IMG/VR virus record: IMGVR_UViG_3300027864_000205
Span: 1 to 64,000 of that record
Source of the DNA: a virus
Taxonomy: Duplodnaviria; Caudoviricetes
Length of the DNA stretch: 64,000 nt
Reading direction: 5' to 3' (one strand)
Below the pieces are notes generated by a model that was given only the letters and a program-made list of their open reading frames with translations, did not search any database and was not told the DNA's origin. This document shows positions 25,243-35,793 of this stretch, in pieces (the stretch's first letter is position 1; every line of letters begins with the position of its first letter). Both the position numbers and the translations under genes were made by a program.

Positions 25243-26598
25243 TTAAATGAAGAAGTTGTCAAATACGCCAACTTCTGCTTTTTCTATCGGTTCCTGTTCA
25301 GCGTTGAGATTGCTTGGGATACCTCGAGCTTTGAGTAGCGGCTCAATGGCTTCGCTCACCATTTTCTTCACTGCCTCGGGTGTCACAGCTTCAGATACCT
25401 CGAGTTCAGCTTCCAAAAGCTTGGCTTCGGGCAGCTTCTCGAATTTTGCGGCGATAGTATCATCTATCATTTTCTGAATGCTGCTTAGTGTGACGGGGGC
25501 TTCTTCAACTGCATTGTCTACTTCCGGCTTCTCAACCAGTTCGGCAACGGTCTGTGTGACTAGGTCCTTGATTTCCTGCGGGTTCATGTCTGTATCCTCC
25601 TTCGTAATGTCATCCTCGCCGCCAGCTAACGAATCACGGAGTTCCGTGAGTATGTCGCACGCTTCGTCGAGCTTTTTCTTGTTTGCAGCTGATATTTTCT
25701 TGCCTGCTTTCTCAACGGCAGCTGCATCGCTGGAAAGTGCTTTTACAACGCATGGTTGCGTGAGCAGATTTGTGATGATTTCGCCAAAATCTGCGAGAGC
25801 TTCACGGATTGTTTGCTCATCATCGACAAACACCCGACTATCTGTCTCCCAGTTCCAAGAGGCAAGGGTGGTTTCCAGCGCATCAAAGGCTGACCAGAAG
25901 TTTCGCTGCTTAATATTCTTTTCGTACTTCTCCTTAACCTCTCCCTTTTCAACCGCACTAATGCCCAAAGCTGTGCGGATTGCTTTCATCAAACCCTTTC
26001 CCGCAGTGGCCTCTTCATCAGCCTTGATTTCTGCTGCTTGGTCTTGTGTCGTCGTGGTGGTTTCAGGCGAACCTTTTGTGAGTTCTTCCAAGTCAATATC
26101 CTCCTTGCCATATTTCCCGACTCCACCCATCGAAAAGCCTGTGATGTCACCTTTCTCCACAGCTTCCCAAATGGCAGAATCTTCGATTTCGACCGTCATT
26201 AGCCAAGTCCCCTTAGCTATTGTCTCGTCACCTATAATCATGTCGCACGGTGCAATGTAGGTTTCTACGACAGTGACGCCATCCACAGCCTCAAAGCTGT
26301 GCTGTACGTCAATCTGGTCACCGTTCTTGGCGAACCAGTGAGCTGCCTTGCGGATTTCCTCCTCTGTCATGAAGTTTCCGTCTGTATCTTCGACCAGTGG
26401 CTCATACACTACGCCCGTGACATAATGTGTTTCGGCGTCGGCCTTGACAATCCTGCCGAATGTTTCAAACGATGCGCTACCATCTTCGGCTTTGGTTATA
26501 AGGAACTTTTTGTTGTTGGCCGCCTTGTCAACGAGTGAGACAAACCGGATTCTCGCATCGCTGATTTCAATTGCTTTTTCTATTTTTATTTTTGACAC
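25243..26598 (-). CDS. XkdF-like prohead serine protease/scaffold
   Basis: ISDARIRFVSLVDKAAN; GVVYEP; GDITGFSMGG. Confidence 0.9.
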   Translation of the reverse strand: MSKIKIEKAIEISDARIRFVSLVDKAANNKKFLITKAEDGSASFETFGRIVKADAETHYVTGVVYEPLVEDTDGNFMTEEEIRKAAHWFAKNGDQIDVQHSFEAVDGVTVVETYIAPCDMIIGDETIAKGTWLMTVEIEDSAIWEAVEKGDITGFSMGGVGKYGKEDIDLEELTKGSPETTTTTQDQAAEIKADEEATAGKGLMKAIRTALGISAVEKGEVKEKYEKNIKQRNFWSAFDALETTLASWNWETDSRVFVDDEQTIREALADFGEIITNLLTQPCVVKALSSDAAAVEKAGKKISAANKKKLDEACDILTELRDSLAGGEDDITKEDTDMNPQEIKDLVTQTVAELVEKPEVDNAVEEAPVTLSSIQKMIDDTIAAKFEKLPEAKLLEAELEVSEAVTPEAVKKMVSEAIEPLLKARGIPSNLNAEQEPIEKAEVGVFDNFFI

Positions 26599-26735
26599 TC
26601 TCGTTTCACCTCCTTTCGTGTTGGGCGCATTACGCATCGCCCTGCGGACCTTAACCTTTCCTACCCGGTTATAGGCATAAAAATAGCGGGTCTCACCGTT
26701 TGGTGAAACCCGTAGGTTAACTGTGGTTATCTAGT

Positions 26736-26900
26736 TTATATTTCTTCGAATATTGAATCCATAGAATCATCTATGCATTTAACAAACGATTCGTATGCCT
26801 TCTTTTGCTCTTCCGTCGCATCAGCAGGCAAGACAAGATCCCCTGTTTCGGTTTTTTCCAAAACGCCTATCAGCGTATCCGGCAATCCAATTAACGCCAT
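26736..26900 (-). CDS. 54-aa acidic protein directly after MuF (candidate immunity protein)
   Basis: Manual translation MALIGLPDTLIGVLEKTETGDLVLPADATEEQKKAYESFVKCIDDSMDSIFEEI; AGGAGG SD inside the MuF 3' end. Confidence 0.7.
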   Translation of the reverse strand: MALIGLPDTLIGVLEKTETGDLVLPADATEEQKKAYESFVKCIDDSMDSIFEEI

Positions 26901-26901
26901 G

Positions 26902-28707
26902 TTAGAACCCTCCTTCTCTTATAAGCCTTGTGATTTCTGCCGATAGCGGAGATAAAGTTACATCACTTATTGCTTCTGCAAAAGCTTCCCTATAAGCAAA
27001 TCCGAGCCCCTTCTTGTTGGCTACCGCCGAAACATAGTCAGAAATATTGAGCCACTCGTCGGCACTCATTCCGAGATTTGATAATGCTTTTTTAACAATC
27101 CTTGCCGACACATCGCCACTCTTTAACGACTGAAACGCAGCGACTCTATCTAACATGCCATTCAGGTCGGTGGCGGTGAAGTCTACTCCGCGCCCATTGA
27201 AAGTTTCAACGAAGTCAATTGCATGCGACACTTCATGTCGTAGAATCCCTGCGACTCCATTTTTTGAAGTCCAGTAGCCGCTATTTGTGTACTTGTTGAC
27301 CATTTCAGAGATAGAGTTTAGGTCCTGCATGTTCGCGACATTTAGTTTTAAGCTCGTGGTTATGTTTCCTTTGTCGCTTCTCACCGCAAATTCGGCAATC
27401 ATATCACCAGGTTCATTGACAGCCACTATTTTCTGCACTGAGCCCTTCAGTTGCGGAAACTCTTGATAAAGCCCCTCTAGGCTGTTGCCGACTGCATTTA
27501 ACACTTCATCAGACAACCCTGTTACCGCTACTTTTTGAGTGCCTATAGTCTCCTTTAACCGCGCTATTTCTTCGCGCCTACTTGTGAACGGTTTATTTAC
27601 TTCAATTATACCATCGGCTATGCTCCCTTGCAAGCCATTACCACCAATTCCAACCCCTGCGAAGCTTGCAGACGCTCGTGCGTCCATCACATTATCTTGA
27701 ATCACGCCGACTCGCGCCATGTTAGTCTGCTGCAACTCACGCTCCCATGCACCATCGTCTTCGTCTATGGCTTGTTGTTGTAACGCCTGTCTCTCTTCGA
27801 GAGATAATCCGAGTATGTTTTCGTTCACAACGGCTTGCATACAGCAATGACAGTTTATTCGTTCTTCCGGGGGAAGTATAGGGTCGCGAGGGAACATTGG
27901 GCTGAAGCCGTCAAGCGAGAAAGGTTCATTAACCGGCACACGTTGTCCGCTGATAGCGACATGGTTCTCGCGGGGGTCGTTCATGTGACCGCCTGTGTGT
28001 TTCCACCCCTTTTCCTCGACTGCCGGACTTTGTACATAAGATTCCTGCTGAGCTATGGAGTGCGCTGTGAGCATTTCGGTCACGGCAACACTTCTCGCCC
28101 TGTGATATTCGCTGCGTATACCGCCATCCATGAGTACCCTTGTAAACTCTGCCACGCTATGCCCTTGCGAGAGGCTTGTTGTAAGCGCCCTTTGTATCTG
28201 CCTATGCGAAGTGAGTTGCATTATTCCGGCAAGTTCCTCACTCCATTCCTCCGCCCACGCCGCCGTGCGCTTCGATATACGGTCAGCAGTATTGCCTGAG
28301 CCGAGACTTTTTGCTATGGTCGCTTCCGCAAGTTCGGGGTCTGTTTGAGCAATATAGTCTATGGTAAGTTCACAAACCATCTTCTCAAACTCATCATAGA
28401 ATATTTTGGTAAGCTTCTCCGCTGTGTCATCGGATGCGCGGATACCCTGCCAAACAAAGTCATTGAAGAACAGGAGGCCATCCGAAGCATTAAGTGCCTC
28501 TATTACTCTATTCGTAAATTCTTTCAAGCAACTTGCGACTTTTTCCTCACAAGCCGATATTTCTCCCACCGTGCCTTCGGCATCGGCAAAGCCGGCCTCG
28601 TCCAACGCCTCTACAAGATTGCTGTCTTCTTTAGCTATGTATTTGTCGATTGCCTCTATAAGTGGCTTGCAGTTGACTTTGCTCCAATCAATAACTTTCT
28701 TCGACAT
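26902..28707 (-). CDS. MuF-family minor head protein with a C-terminal HEXXH domain
   Basis: RARSVAVTEMLTAH, KGWKH, RENHVAISGQ and PPEERINCHC MuF motifs; then RHEVSH and EAFAEA. Confidence 0.88.
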   Translation of the reverse strand: MSKKVIDWSKVNCKPLIEAIDKYIAKEDSNLVEALDEAGFADAEGTVGEISACEEKVASCLKEFTNRVIEALNASDGLLFFNDFVWQGIRASDDTAEKLTKIFYDEFEKMVCELTIDYIAQTDPELAEATIAKSLGSGNTADRISKRTAAWAEEWSEELAGIMQLTSHRQIQRALTTSLSQGHSVAEFTRVLMDGGIRSEYHRARSVAVTEMLTAHSIAQQESYVQSPAVEEKGWKHTGGHMNDPRENHVAISGQRVPVNEPFSLDGFSPMFPRDPILPPEERINCHCCMQAVVNENILGLSLEERQALQQQAIDEDDGAWERELQQTNMARVGVIQDNVMDARASASFAGVGIGGNGLQGSIADGIIEVNKPFTSRREEIARLKETIGTQKVAVTGLSDEVLNAVGNSLEGLYQEFPQLKGSVQKIVAVNEPGDMIAEFAVRSDKGNITTSLKLNVANMQDLNSISEMVNKYTNSGYWTSKNGVAGILRHEVSHAIDFVETFNGRGVDFTATDLNGMLDRVAAFQSLKSGDVSARIVKKALSNLGMSADEWLNISDYVSAVANKKGLGFAYREAFAEAISDVTLSPLSAEITRLIREGGF

Positions 28708-30298
28708 CTGCATCCCCCTTGCCTTGCATATCACCGACATCGAGTAACAGTGAGCGAACTTCCTTCATAATGGCAGCTATATCTCTATCGCCACTCTTGG
28801 TCGCTTTCTCTATCTGTGCTGCAAGCTCCTCGGTTACAGACTCTGTAGTATCTAACCCTTTAAGCTTACCTGCAATTGCCACGGATGAGCGCAGATACGC
28901 CACAGGGATTTCGCCCCATTCGCCGGGGTAAGCTTCCGCTGTTTCTCCGAGGGCATTGTAAGCTATCTCTTTTGCTTTGTTAGGAGACAAGCCTCCGGCA
29001 CGTTCGCAGATAGAGAGTATTGCACTCAGGTCTTCAGGGTTTGTCACGTTAGGTGACTTGAAGTACGCCTCAACATACTTGAAATTATAGTCTTTGAGCA
29101 ACTTATGATTTATTACCCAAGCGAGACTGGCCCTCTCCGGTTGGAATACCTGCTCTTCCGTAATTTCCATAGCTGTCTGCGCCGTCGCACGGTTGAAGTC
29201 GGTCGTATATCCGACATAGAGGTCGGGGAGCAAAAATGCCGATTGAACCTTTTTGCGGTTATTATTCAGATAGTCCTGAAAGAGTTCGTCTTTCTGCAAT
29301 ATCTCTGCAAGCGGCACGGTCTGTATTTCGGGAGGTTTTTCTTGGTCGAGTAATGTAGTGGAATCTGCAGATTCAGCCTCCAGCACCATAAATGAATGCT
29401 GCCCGGATTCACCCTTGATATCGTTCATGTATGCTTTAAGTTTTTCGAAGCTACCATCTGACAGTTTGCCGTTCTTAATGAGTATGAGTAGCGGAGTGTG
29501 CCGCCCTTCCCCGAAGTAGCGGTTATTGAGTTCTTCTGCTTTGCGAGCGCCGTCAACTCCGAGTATTTGACCTATCCAGCGAATCTCTCCGTAAATCTCT
29601 GTGCCTATTGCGAACTCCATTATCTCATTCGCTTGATCCTCGGGCGCAAGCGCGTCAACGTACTTGCCAGTGGTTTTATTCATGATGCGCGGGTCGCCCA
29701 TCTCCTTAAAGTATACAGTCTTATTTCCGGTGGTCTGACGGTACTTGCAGAATTTACGCTTCCTTGTCTCAGTTTGCCCATTGATGTTGTAATCAACATC
29801 AACATAAGGCTCAAGAGGCGCAGTTTTGCGGATACTCTTTGTATTGATGATAAATTCTATACCGTCAACTTCCCCGCCGACGTTTCGGAGTGCTTCGATG
29901 TATGATATGCCGTAAGTCTCACGCGCCTCAATAACGTCCTCAAACACTTCTTTGGTGTCTTTATCCATGTTGAGCAGGTTTATTATATTTTCGGCCTTGG
30001 TGTATTCGTTTTTCATTTCAGGCGTTTCTGTTGAGTAGTCCATCTTGTATCTTACGCCGATACCAAACCCTGCAATATTGTATTTGTACGCTCGTATGCA
30101 CTGAGGGAGAATTGACGAATGCTTCACATGAATCGAAAGCCCTTCGAATTCAAGCGTAGGCTCTACCCACCCAAAAGCAAATGCGTCTGCCTGTTCCTTT
30201 ACCTGTGCCGACGTAGCTCCTTTTTCAACTGGTTGTTCGGCCGGGGAATCAGCTTTGACTATATGCACATTGTATGTTTTCAAGCTTTTATCAGACAT
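28688..30298 (-). CDS. Portal protein (XkdE/PBSX-like)
   Basis: NIAGFGIGVRY, YFGEGRHTP, DFNRATA; follows TerL. Confidence 0.9.
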   Translation of the reverse strand: MSDKSLKTYNVHIVKADSPAEQPVEKGATSAQVKEQADAFAFGWVEPTLEFEGLSIHVKHSSILPQCIRAYKYNIAGFGIGVRYKMDYSTETPEMKNEYTKAENIINLLNMDKDTKEVFEDVIEARETYGISYIEALRNVGGEVDGIEFIINTKSIRKTAPLEPYVDVDYNINGQTETRKRKFCKYRQTTGNKTVYFKEMGDPRIMNKTTGKYVDALAPEDQANEIMEFAIGTEIYGEIRWIGQILGVDGARKAEELNNRYFGEGRHTPLLILIKNGKLSDGSFEKLKAYMNDIKGESGQHSFMVLEAESADSTTLLDQEKPPEIQTVPLAEILQKDELFQDYLNNNRKKVQSAFLLPDLYVGYTTDFNRATAQTAMEITEEQVFQPERASLAWVINHKLLKDYNFKYVEAYFKSPNVTNPEDLSAILSICERAGGLSPNKAKEIAYNALGETAEAYPGEWGEIPVAYLRSSVAIAGKLKGLDTTESVTEELAAQIEKATKSGDRDIAAIMKEVRSLLLDVGDMQGKGDADVEESY

Positions 30299-30322
30299 GC
30301 CTTAATCTCCTTGCGTTAATAT

Positions 30323-31768
30323 CTATCTCTTATCTTTTGCCGCCGGTTTATCGTCCTTCAGGTTTACCGGGAGGCAGCAGAGAAGCAGACAATCAGCCTC
30401 ATCGGGTGATGGGAGTCCACGCTCTTTCATCGCCCTTTTGCTTTCCACCACTATCTTGTTGCGTCCGTTAAGCTCATATTTCCGTGACGAAAGCTGGGCA
30501 ATAAGATCTGAATCATTTGGCAATATTAAATCCACCGGTTTCTTTTTGCCCTCGTCATCAATCTGCGACAGACGGTCACGCACGAACGCCATCATTACCG
30601 TTGTGGAGTCGTGGTAGTAGGGGTGCTTACTATAGACTTTCCCAAAGTGGACGGGCAATACTTCAAGCCACCAGTAACGCTTGGGGTCGCTTGACTTTAT
30701 CTGGACAAGACGGTCAGTTACGCCACCACCTAAGCCGCCATCGTCTATCTTGACAGGAATCTTACGAGCGAACTTGTGCCTGTGCCTCAGTCGCTCGCCG
30801 AGCAATACGATTTCAGCAGCAGTCTTCATCAGGTTCTGCCCTCGTATTTTTTTATGAAATTTCATATGCTCATTGACTGTGTACCCGATTACCGTCTTGT
30901 CATCGCCGTACCGTGCAACGTCACACCCGATATGTATGCTATGCACTGGCACACCCTCGCCTTGCTCTGACTCGGGATCTGGTATATCCGTATACATGAC
31001 TGAGTTCTCTATGAGCGAGAGAGGTATGAATACATCATCTTCTTGCAGCGGGAAGTCTCCGCGTACCCTTACTCTGACGAAATTGCTTTCCTCTCCGTAT
31101 TTCCTGATATTTGCCTCGATGTTCTCTTTGTTTGTGCGCGAGCTTTTCAAAGCGTTTACCGTATGGCATTTATAGAGGTCACGGTCTGATGTATGGCTGT
31201 CATAAAATGTGCCTGCGGTCTTTGTAGGGTTGCCGCACATCAAGAGCTTGTTGTTATCGCCGGATAGGGTGCCAAGTATAGCTTCCATGATAGGCTCAGC
31301 CACGCCGGAAGCTTCGTCCACTATAAAGAGCATATTGTCTTCGTGGAATCCTTGCATATTTTCTGGCTTGGTTGCAGTCCTCGCTACTGCGAACCACCGC
31401 TTCTCCATGCCTACCATGTATATATATGTTTTAGTCCATTTCAGAATAGCAGAGAGCAACGGACTTCGTGCTTGCCATTTTGCGACCTCGGCCCACAACA
31501 CGTCATGCAACTGTTGGCGGGTTGGTGCCGTTGCTACCACGCGGGGAAAGGGGAAGCATGTTAGAAACCAGAGAAGTACCGCTGCTTCAAGTCCTGTTTT
31601 TCCGACACCTTGACCACTCTTTACCGAAACCCTTTTTGATACTGCGAGATCCATTGCCGCAGCAGCTTGCCAATCGTCAGGCTCAAAGGTGAGTACTTCT
31701 CGAAAGAACAGGACAGGGTCTTTTTGGTACATCTTCTGCCTCTGCTTGAAAAAATCATTTCTATTCAT
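30323..31768 (-). CDS. terL: Terminase large subunit
   Basis: VKSGQGVGKT Walker A; IVDEASG Walker B; CGNP coupling motif; DVARYGDD and SPDEAD nuclease motifs. Confidence 0.95.
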   Translation of the reverse strand: MNRNDFFKQRQKMYQKDPVLFFREVLTFEPDDWQAAAAMDLAVSKRVSVKSGQGVGKTGLEAAVLLWFLTCFPFPRVVATAPTRQQLHDVLWAEVAKWQARSPLLSAILKWTKTYIYMVGMEKRWFAVARTATKPENMQGFHEDNMLFIVDEASGVAEPIMEAILGTLSGDNNKLLMCGNPTKTAGTFYDSHTSDRDLYKCHTVNALKSSRTNKENIEANIRKYGEESNFVRVRVRGDFPLQEDDVFIPLSLIENSVMYTDIPDPESEQGEGVPVHSIHIGCDVARYGDDKTVIGYTVNEHMKFHKKIRGQNLMKTAAEIVLLGERLRHRHKFARKIPVKIDDGGLGGGVTDRLVQIKSSDPKRYWWLEVLPVHFGKVYSKHPYYHDSTTVMMAFVRDRLSQIDDEGKKKPVDLILPNDSDLIAQLSSRKYELNGRNKIVVESKRAMKERGLPSPDEADCLLLCCLPVNLKDDKPAAKDKR

Positions 31769-32624
31769 CGCCAGCACCGATGAGGGACTGTATCCACTCG
31801 ACTGCTATAATGTTTTGCGTAGATTCGCTCTGACTTTGCTTGAGCCTATTCAAGGATTCGATACATTTTCGCTTTTCAGACTGAACTCTCGAAAGTTCTG
31901 CATGGGCGCGTAGCAGCAAGTCGGTGCTATCCCGTGTGATTGTATTTACACTATATGTATGCCCCGGCAGACGCTTATCAGCTTCAACTTTTTCTGTTAT
32001 TCTCTGCTGGTACAATTCTTTCTCTGCATCATTTGCGAACTCGCGAAGTGTCTCTCCCCTAATAACTTGGTCAATCATAAGTCCTCGCGAGACGTTACCG
32101 AAGTTTTGGATTTGTTGTATTTTGTCTAACAGCCAGCGTTCCCTTATTGTGAGGATTGCAATTTGTTCGTTCAGTATACTCTCTTCATCGGTAAGCACTG
32201 CAACCATCCCATTAAACAGTTTAAGGTCATGCTCGGACAATATGTCCGAGTACGGATTAGGGCGAGAGTATATGCCGTGCGTTTCTGCAAGAGTATTGCC
32301 TGGTTGCAAGTTAGGCTTGCCCCCTTTATTGCCTACTGCGTTTTTATTGCCTAGTGGCGCTCCGCGCTTCTTGGCTGGCGTTCCCTCTTGTGGTGCGCTC
32401 CCTTTCGAAGTGGAGCGTTCCACTTGTTTTTTTTTCGACGATTTTGTGGGGCGTGCGCTGCCGCTCGACTTTTTGCCGTCCCAGTTGTCGAGAGACTTCC
32501 ACTTGCGAACTTTGGCTGCGGGAACTCCTAGATGCGCAGCAATGTCCACAAGCTTGACCGAGCCACCCTTATCATGGTACATCTGCTCGGCTTTTATCCT
32601 TTCTTCACTCTTAGGACTTGGCAT
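31761..32624 (-). CDS. terS: Terminase small subunit
   Basis: N-terminal HTH KLVDIAAHLGVPAAKVRKWKSLDNW; GAPLGNKNAVGN; THGIYS. Confidence 0.9.
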   Translation of the reverse strand: MPSPKSEERIKAEQMYHDKGGSVKLVDIAAHLGVPAAKVRKWKSLDNWDGKKSSGSARPTKSSKKKQVERSTSKGSAPQEGTPAKKRGAPLGNKNAVGNKGGKPNLQPGNTLAETHGIYSRPNPYSDILSEHDLKLFNGMVAVLTDEESILNEQIAILTIRERWLLDKIQQIQNFGNVSRGLMIDQVIRGETLREFANDAEKELYQQRITEKVEADKRLPGHTYSVNTITRDSTDLLLRAHAELSRVQSEKRKCIESLNRLKQSQSESTQNIIAVEWIQSLIGAGDE

Positions 32625-32772
32625 ATTGCTCCACCTCGTAGTCGAATTAGTGTGTGTTCCTCGGCTTAGTTGCTGGGTCGGGGCAAAAACTCGCAACCTC
32701 TCCCCAACATGGTCAAGCGACCTTTTAAGTTGACAGGCTGGGTGTCCGCAAGTATGAACACCCAGCCATAAC

Positions 32773-33294
32773 CTAAATATTTGTAAGCAGTTCCGCAGGG
32801 CTGTAACTCACATCTTTCTTGACCATCATAGTCAGGAAGTCTTCTTTTGAGAAATCGGAGAGCCTGAATATTTCCTCTGGCTTCATACCGAGTTGCTTGC
32901 TTATTTCCTCGACACTCTTGCCATCAACCATGAGCCTCCGTATGATAGCTTTCATCGGTTCAAGTAAGTGTACTCCGCGTGCCCTGTTATGTGTTATCGT
33001 GCCATAGATATTCTCGCTCTCGCCGTCGTGCTTAACAATGACAATCGGAACCTTGCCTCCAAGCAGAGACCAAAGGGGTTCTTCTCCCGACACGGTCCAA
33101 CGGTGGAAGCCGTCGATTATAACCATATCAGGATTTACGACAATTGGTAGTGTCCATCCATTCGTCAATATGGACTGTGTGAGTAGTTTCAGGTTTTCCT
33201 TTGATACTCGATTCGGGTTGTAGTCGTTAGCTTTTAGCAACTTTCTGTCCACCCATGCAAGCGTTGATAAAGGGGTAAAAACATTATTTTTCAT
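32773..33294 (-). CDS. ParB/Srx-like protein (IbrB-like)
   Basis: LKANDYNPNRV...IIDGFHRW...TITHNRARGVH. Confidence 0.88.
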   Translation of the reverse strand: MKNNVFTPLSTLAWVDRKLLKANDYNPNRVSKENLKLLTQSILTNGWTLPIVVNPDMVIIDGFHRWTVSGEEPLWSLLGGKVPIVIVKHDGESENIYGTITHNRARGVHLLEPMKAIIRRLMVDGKSVEEISKQLGMKPEEIFRLSDFSKEDFLTMMVKKDVSYSPAELLTNI

Positions 33295-34436
33295 TTTGCC
33301 ACTACCTCCCGTGCTTTTTTCGCATTGTCTATGTAGCGGCCGTATATCCTATTGAAGAGCGCCCTGTATGCCCTGAGTTTTGGGTCGCCCCTTATAAGTG
33401 ATTCGTAGATTTCCCGAAAGTCACGTTGCGATGCTATTGCTGATACCTGCATGAAGAAGTTCCGGTATCTGATTGCTGTTTTCAGCTTGCTTGGTGTGTT
33501 GAAGTTTTGCACCATGTTGGCGAACAGGTTTATAAGCAAAGCTTTGTAATCTTTCTGCTCTTTACCTTCCATTTCACGCCTTGTTTTGGTGCGCCTCCCG
33601 AACATTTCAGAATCCCAATAGAGTGTAGCTAAATATGCGTTTGGTTCTCTTTTCGTTATACGCTCCATCAGGTCCGGGTAGTATTCATTCATCTGCACAA
33701 GACTCTTTGCTGTATCAACACTGAAGAACTGCGATACCCTGAGTTGGCTTTTTGAGGTGCCAGTCTGCCAAAGGTAGAGGTATATTTCGGGGATTTCTAC
33801 TCTCTGCTCGAGCAGATATTTCCACACGTCATTGTTTGTCCAGTCGTATATGGGGAATATCTGCCTTTTGTTGGTCATCTTCTTTCCAGCCATTGTCATG
33901 GTTGCGAGATTCTTTAATCGCTGTATTGATTCCGCTGCGCGTATGCCGACGATTGTCATACCGTCCATACACATACGCGGTAGCCAATCTTGGTACGCAT
34001 CTTTCCTCGGTCTGAGCATTGGGTGTTCCGTTATTGCGAATGATGGAGGTCTTCTTACCCAAACATCTTCTTTTGTTCGGTCCCAGCATATAAAGCTTTC
34101 ATCTTCCGAGAGTTCATTGAAGCAATTAAAATGCTTCACTTCCACACAATACCACTCGAAGGAGGCGCCGACCGCAATGAATTTTCTGCGCCAAGCTTTC
34201 ACCGTGTCCTCAATGCACTTGAAGATAGCTTCTTCGTCTACAAAGTGTACGACGAGCTGTTCGGCTTTGATTTTACCGTGCTGTATCAGGTTCATTACGA
34301 CCTGTGCGAGTGCGAGGCTGTCTTTTCCTCCGCTAAAGCTCATGTAGACAGGCACTCCGTTGTCAAAGACGTTTTTGATGCGCTGCTCTGCCGCTGCAAC
34401 CACATCAATATCGGCTATACATCGTTTTATAGCCAT
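33291..34436 (-). CDS. PAPS-reductase-like PP-loop protein (IbrA-like)
   Basis: SFSGGKDS, GIRAAESIQR, PIYDWTNNDVW. Confidence 0.88.
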   Translation of the reverse strand: MAIKRCIADIDVVAAAEQRIKNVFDNGVPVYMSFSGGKDSLALAQVVMNLIQHGKIKAEQLVVHFVDEEAIFKCIEDTVKAWRRKFIAVGASFEWYCVEVKHFNCFNELSEDESFICWDRTKEDVWVRRPPSFAITEHPMLRPRKDAYQDWLPRMCMDGMTIVGIRAAESIQRLKNLATMTMAGKKMTNKRQIFPIYDWTNNDVWKYLLEQRVEIPEIYLYLWQTGTSKSQLRVSQFFSVDTAKSLVQMNEYYPDLMERITKREPNAYLATLYWDSEMFGRRTKTRREMEGKEQKDYKALLINLFANMVQNFNTPSKLKTAIRYRNFFMQVSAIASQRDFREIYESLIRGDPKLRAYRALFNRIYGRYIDNAKKAREVVAK

Positions 34437-35017
34437 ATTTCACTATTGCAATGAGGACAGATTATTCGCTTATCACTTTCGGCATCCCCCGCTTGCGGCT
34501 CTGCAGGGTTCACTTCAACGCTCGGCGGCGCCATCATCGCTTCTTTCTTTACACTTCCAGCGTTGATTTGCGCTATTTCCTCCGCGCCTATTTTGCCGTA
34601 CTCGCCTATTTTCTTTGAAATCTCGCTTGCATCGGCTACCATGGAGCGAAGTATATCTTCATCGAAGCCAGGCACATCAAGGTCGTGCTTGAGTTCATCT
34701 AGAAATGTGTTAAATGTGTCAAGATCGTCTATACCGAGCCCATAAATCTTATTGTCGGCTATCATCAGTTTCTTTTTCTGATTCTCCGAAAGACCGGATA
34801 CTCTGTAGAAGTCACCTTCTGTACGGCCGAGTAGTTGTAGGGTGTCGTAACACCCTACTCCCGCCATGATTGTATTGTTTTCGTCGATGACTATCGGACG
34901 TATCTGCCCGAACATCGTTATGCTGCGCCCAAACTCATGTAACTGCTTTTCTGTATGTATGCGCACGTTACGTTCAGGCTTCTTGATATCGGCAAGAGGA
35001 AGGCGTTCGATTTTCAT
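34427..35017 (-). CDS. ParB N-terminal-domain protein with a C-terminal CPHC zinc knuckle
   Basis: NVRIH...FGQIRPIVIDENNTIMAG...MIADNK; ICPHCN. Confidence 0.85.
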   Translation of the reverse strand: MKIERLPLADIKKPERNVRIHTEKQLHEFGRSITMFGQIRPIVIDENNTIMAGVGCYDTLQLLGRTEGDFYRVSGLSENQKKKLMIADNKIYGLGIDDLDTFNTFLDELKHDLDVPGFDEDILRSMVADASEISKKIGEYGKIGAEEIAQINAGSVKKEAMMAPPSVEVNPAEPQAGDAESDKRIICPHCNSEIWL

Positions 35018-35793
35018 GCGCCCACCACCTCTATATACCGCTTTGCTCCCGGAAGCACCGTTGCAGCCTCGCGTACTATGTCGGGGTCAATTTCAAAGAC
35101 CTCTTTCCAACCGTTGTCCTCGTTTTTGGTATACTGACGTGCAGGCCATGGGTGGGTACCGCAAACATATCCACTGTGCCAGTCGTATATAGGCGGCATT
35201 GGTAATTTATGGTAATGGCAGTATGCAAGTACCTGTTCGTGCGACCACTCGGAGAGTGGACTATAGCGTGTAACACCGTTACCCGCCATGTATATGTTCG
35301 ATTTCCGACCGACATAGTTACCATCAGCCCGCCTTCTGCCAAGTAACAGAAAGTCTAAGCCTTTTGATTTGTAATATAATTGCTGCGCCCTGTGTTGCAC
35401 AATAGAAAACCATTTAGCCGCGACTGCGCTATTTTGCGGGAAGAGCATTTTCGGGTTTTTTGCAAGCCATTCGAGATTTAAGCCTACATTAATGACTTCG
35501 CAACTTTTGGGTTTGTTTTCCTGTATCCATTGAATAAATGCAGGGTATTCAAGGTCGCAGACACCAATCATGCTTTCGTGGATACCGGCACTCTCGCAAA
35601 CATGACCGAGTACAATGCTGTCCTTGCCGCCTGACCATGCATAAGCGGACTTTTTCCCCTTGACCGTTTTCTTAATTGCTTTTACGGTCTCGGTTGTGAG
35701 CTTTTCTACTTCCTTCAAGGAGACAAGGCTCTCTATGTTTTTAAGCGTTTCGAGCCACGCTCCGTTATCAGTTCTTTGCTTTTTACCCAGCAC
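35014..35793 (-). CDS. Second PAPS-reductase-like PP-loop protein
   Basis: AWSGGKDS, LGRRRADGN, PLSEWSHEQV; GTG start after a GGAGG SD. Confidence 0.82.
   Translation of the reverse strand: MLGKKQRTDNGAWLETLKNIESLVSLKEVEKLTTETVKAIKKTVKGKKSAYAWSGGKDSIVLGHVCESAGIHESMIGVCDLEYPAFIQWIQENKPKSCEVINVGLNLEWLAKNPKMLFPQNSAVAAKWFSIVQHRAQQLYYKSKGLDFLLLGRRRADGNYVGRKSNIYMAGNGVTRYSPLSEWSHEQVLAYCHYHKLPMPPIYDWHSGYVCGTHPWPARQYTKNEDNGWKEVFEIDPDIVREAATVLPGAKRYIEVVGA

Noticed and set aside
25478-26260. 260-aa plus-strand ORF
   Set aside because: Antisense shadow of the XkdF protease/scaffold gene; Ser-rich composition typical of reverse frames
30323-31768. Intein or intron in terminase, capsid or helicase genes
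   Set aside because: Protein lengths are ordinary and no splicing or homing-endonuclease motifs were seen
31924-32733. 269-aa plus-strand ORF
   Set aside because: Antisense shadow of terS; no SD or recognisable motif
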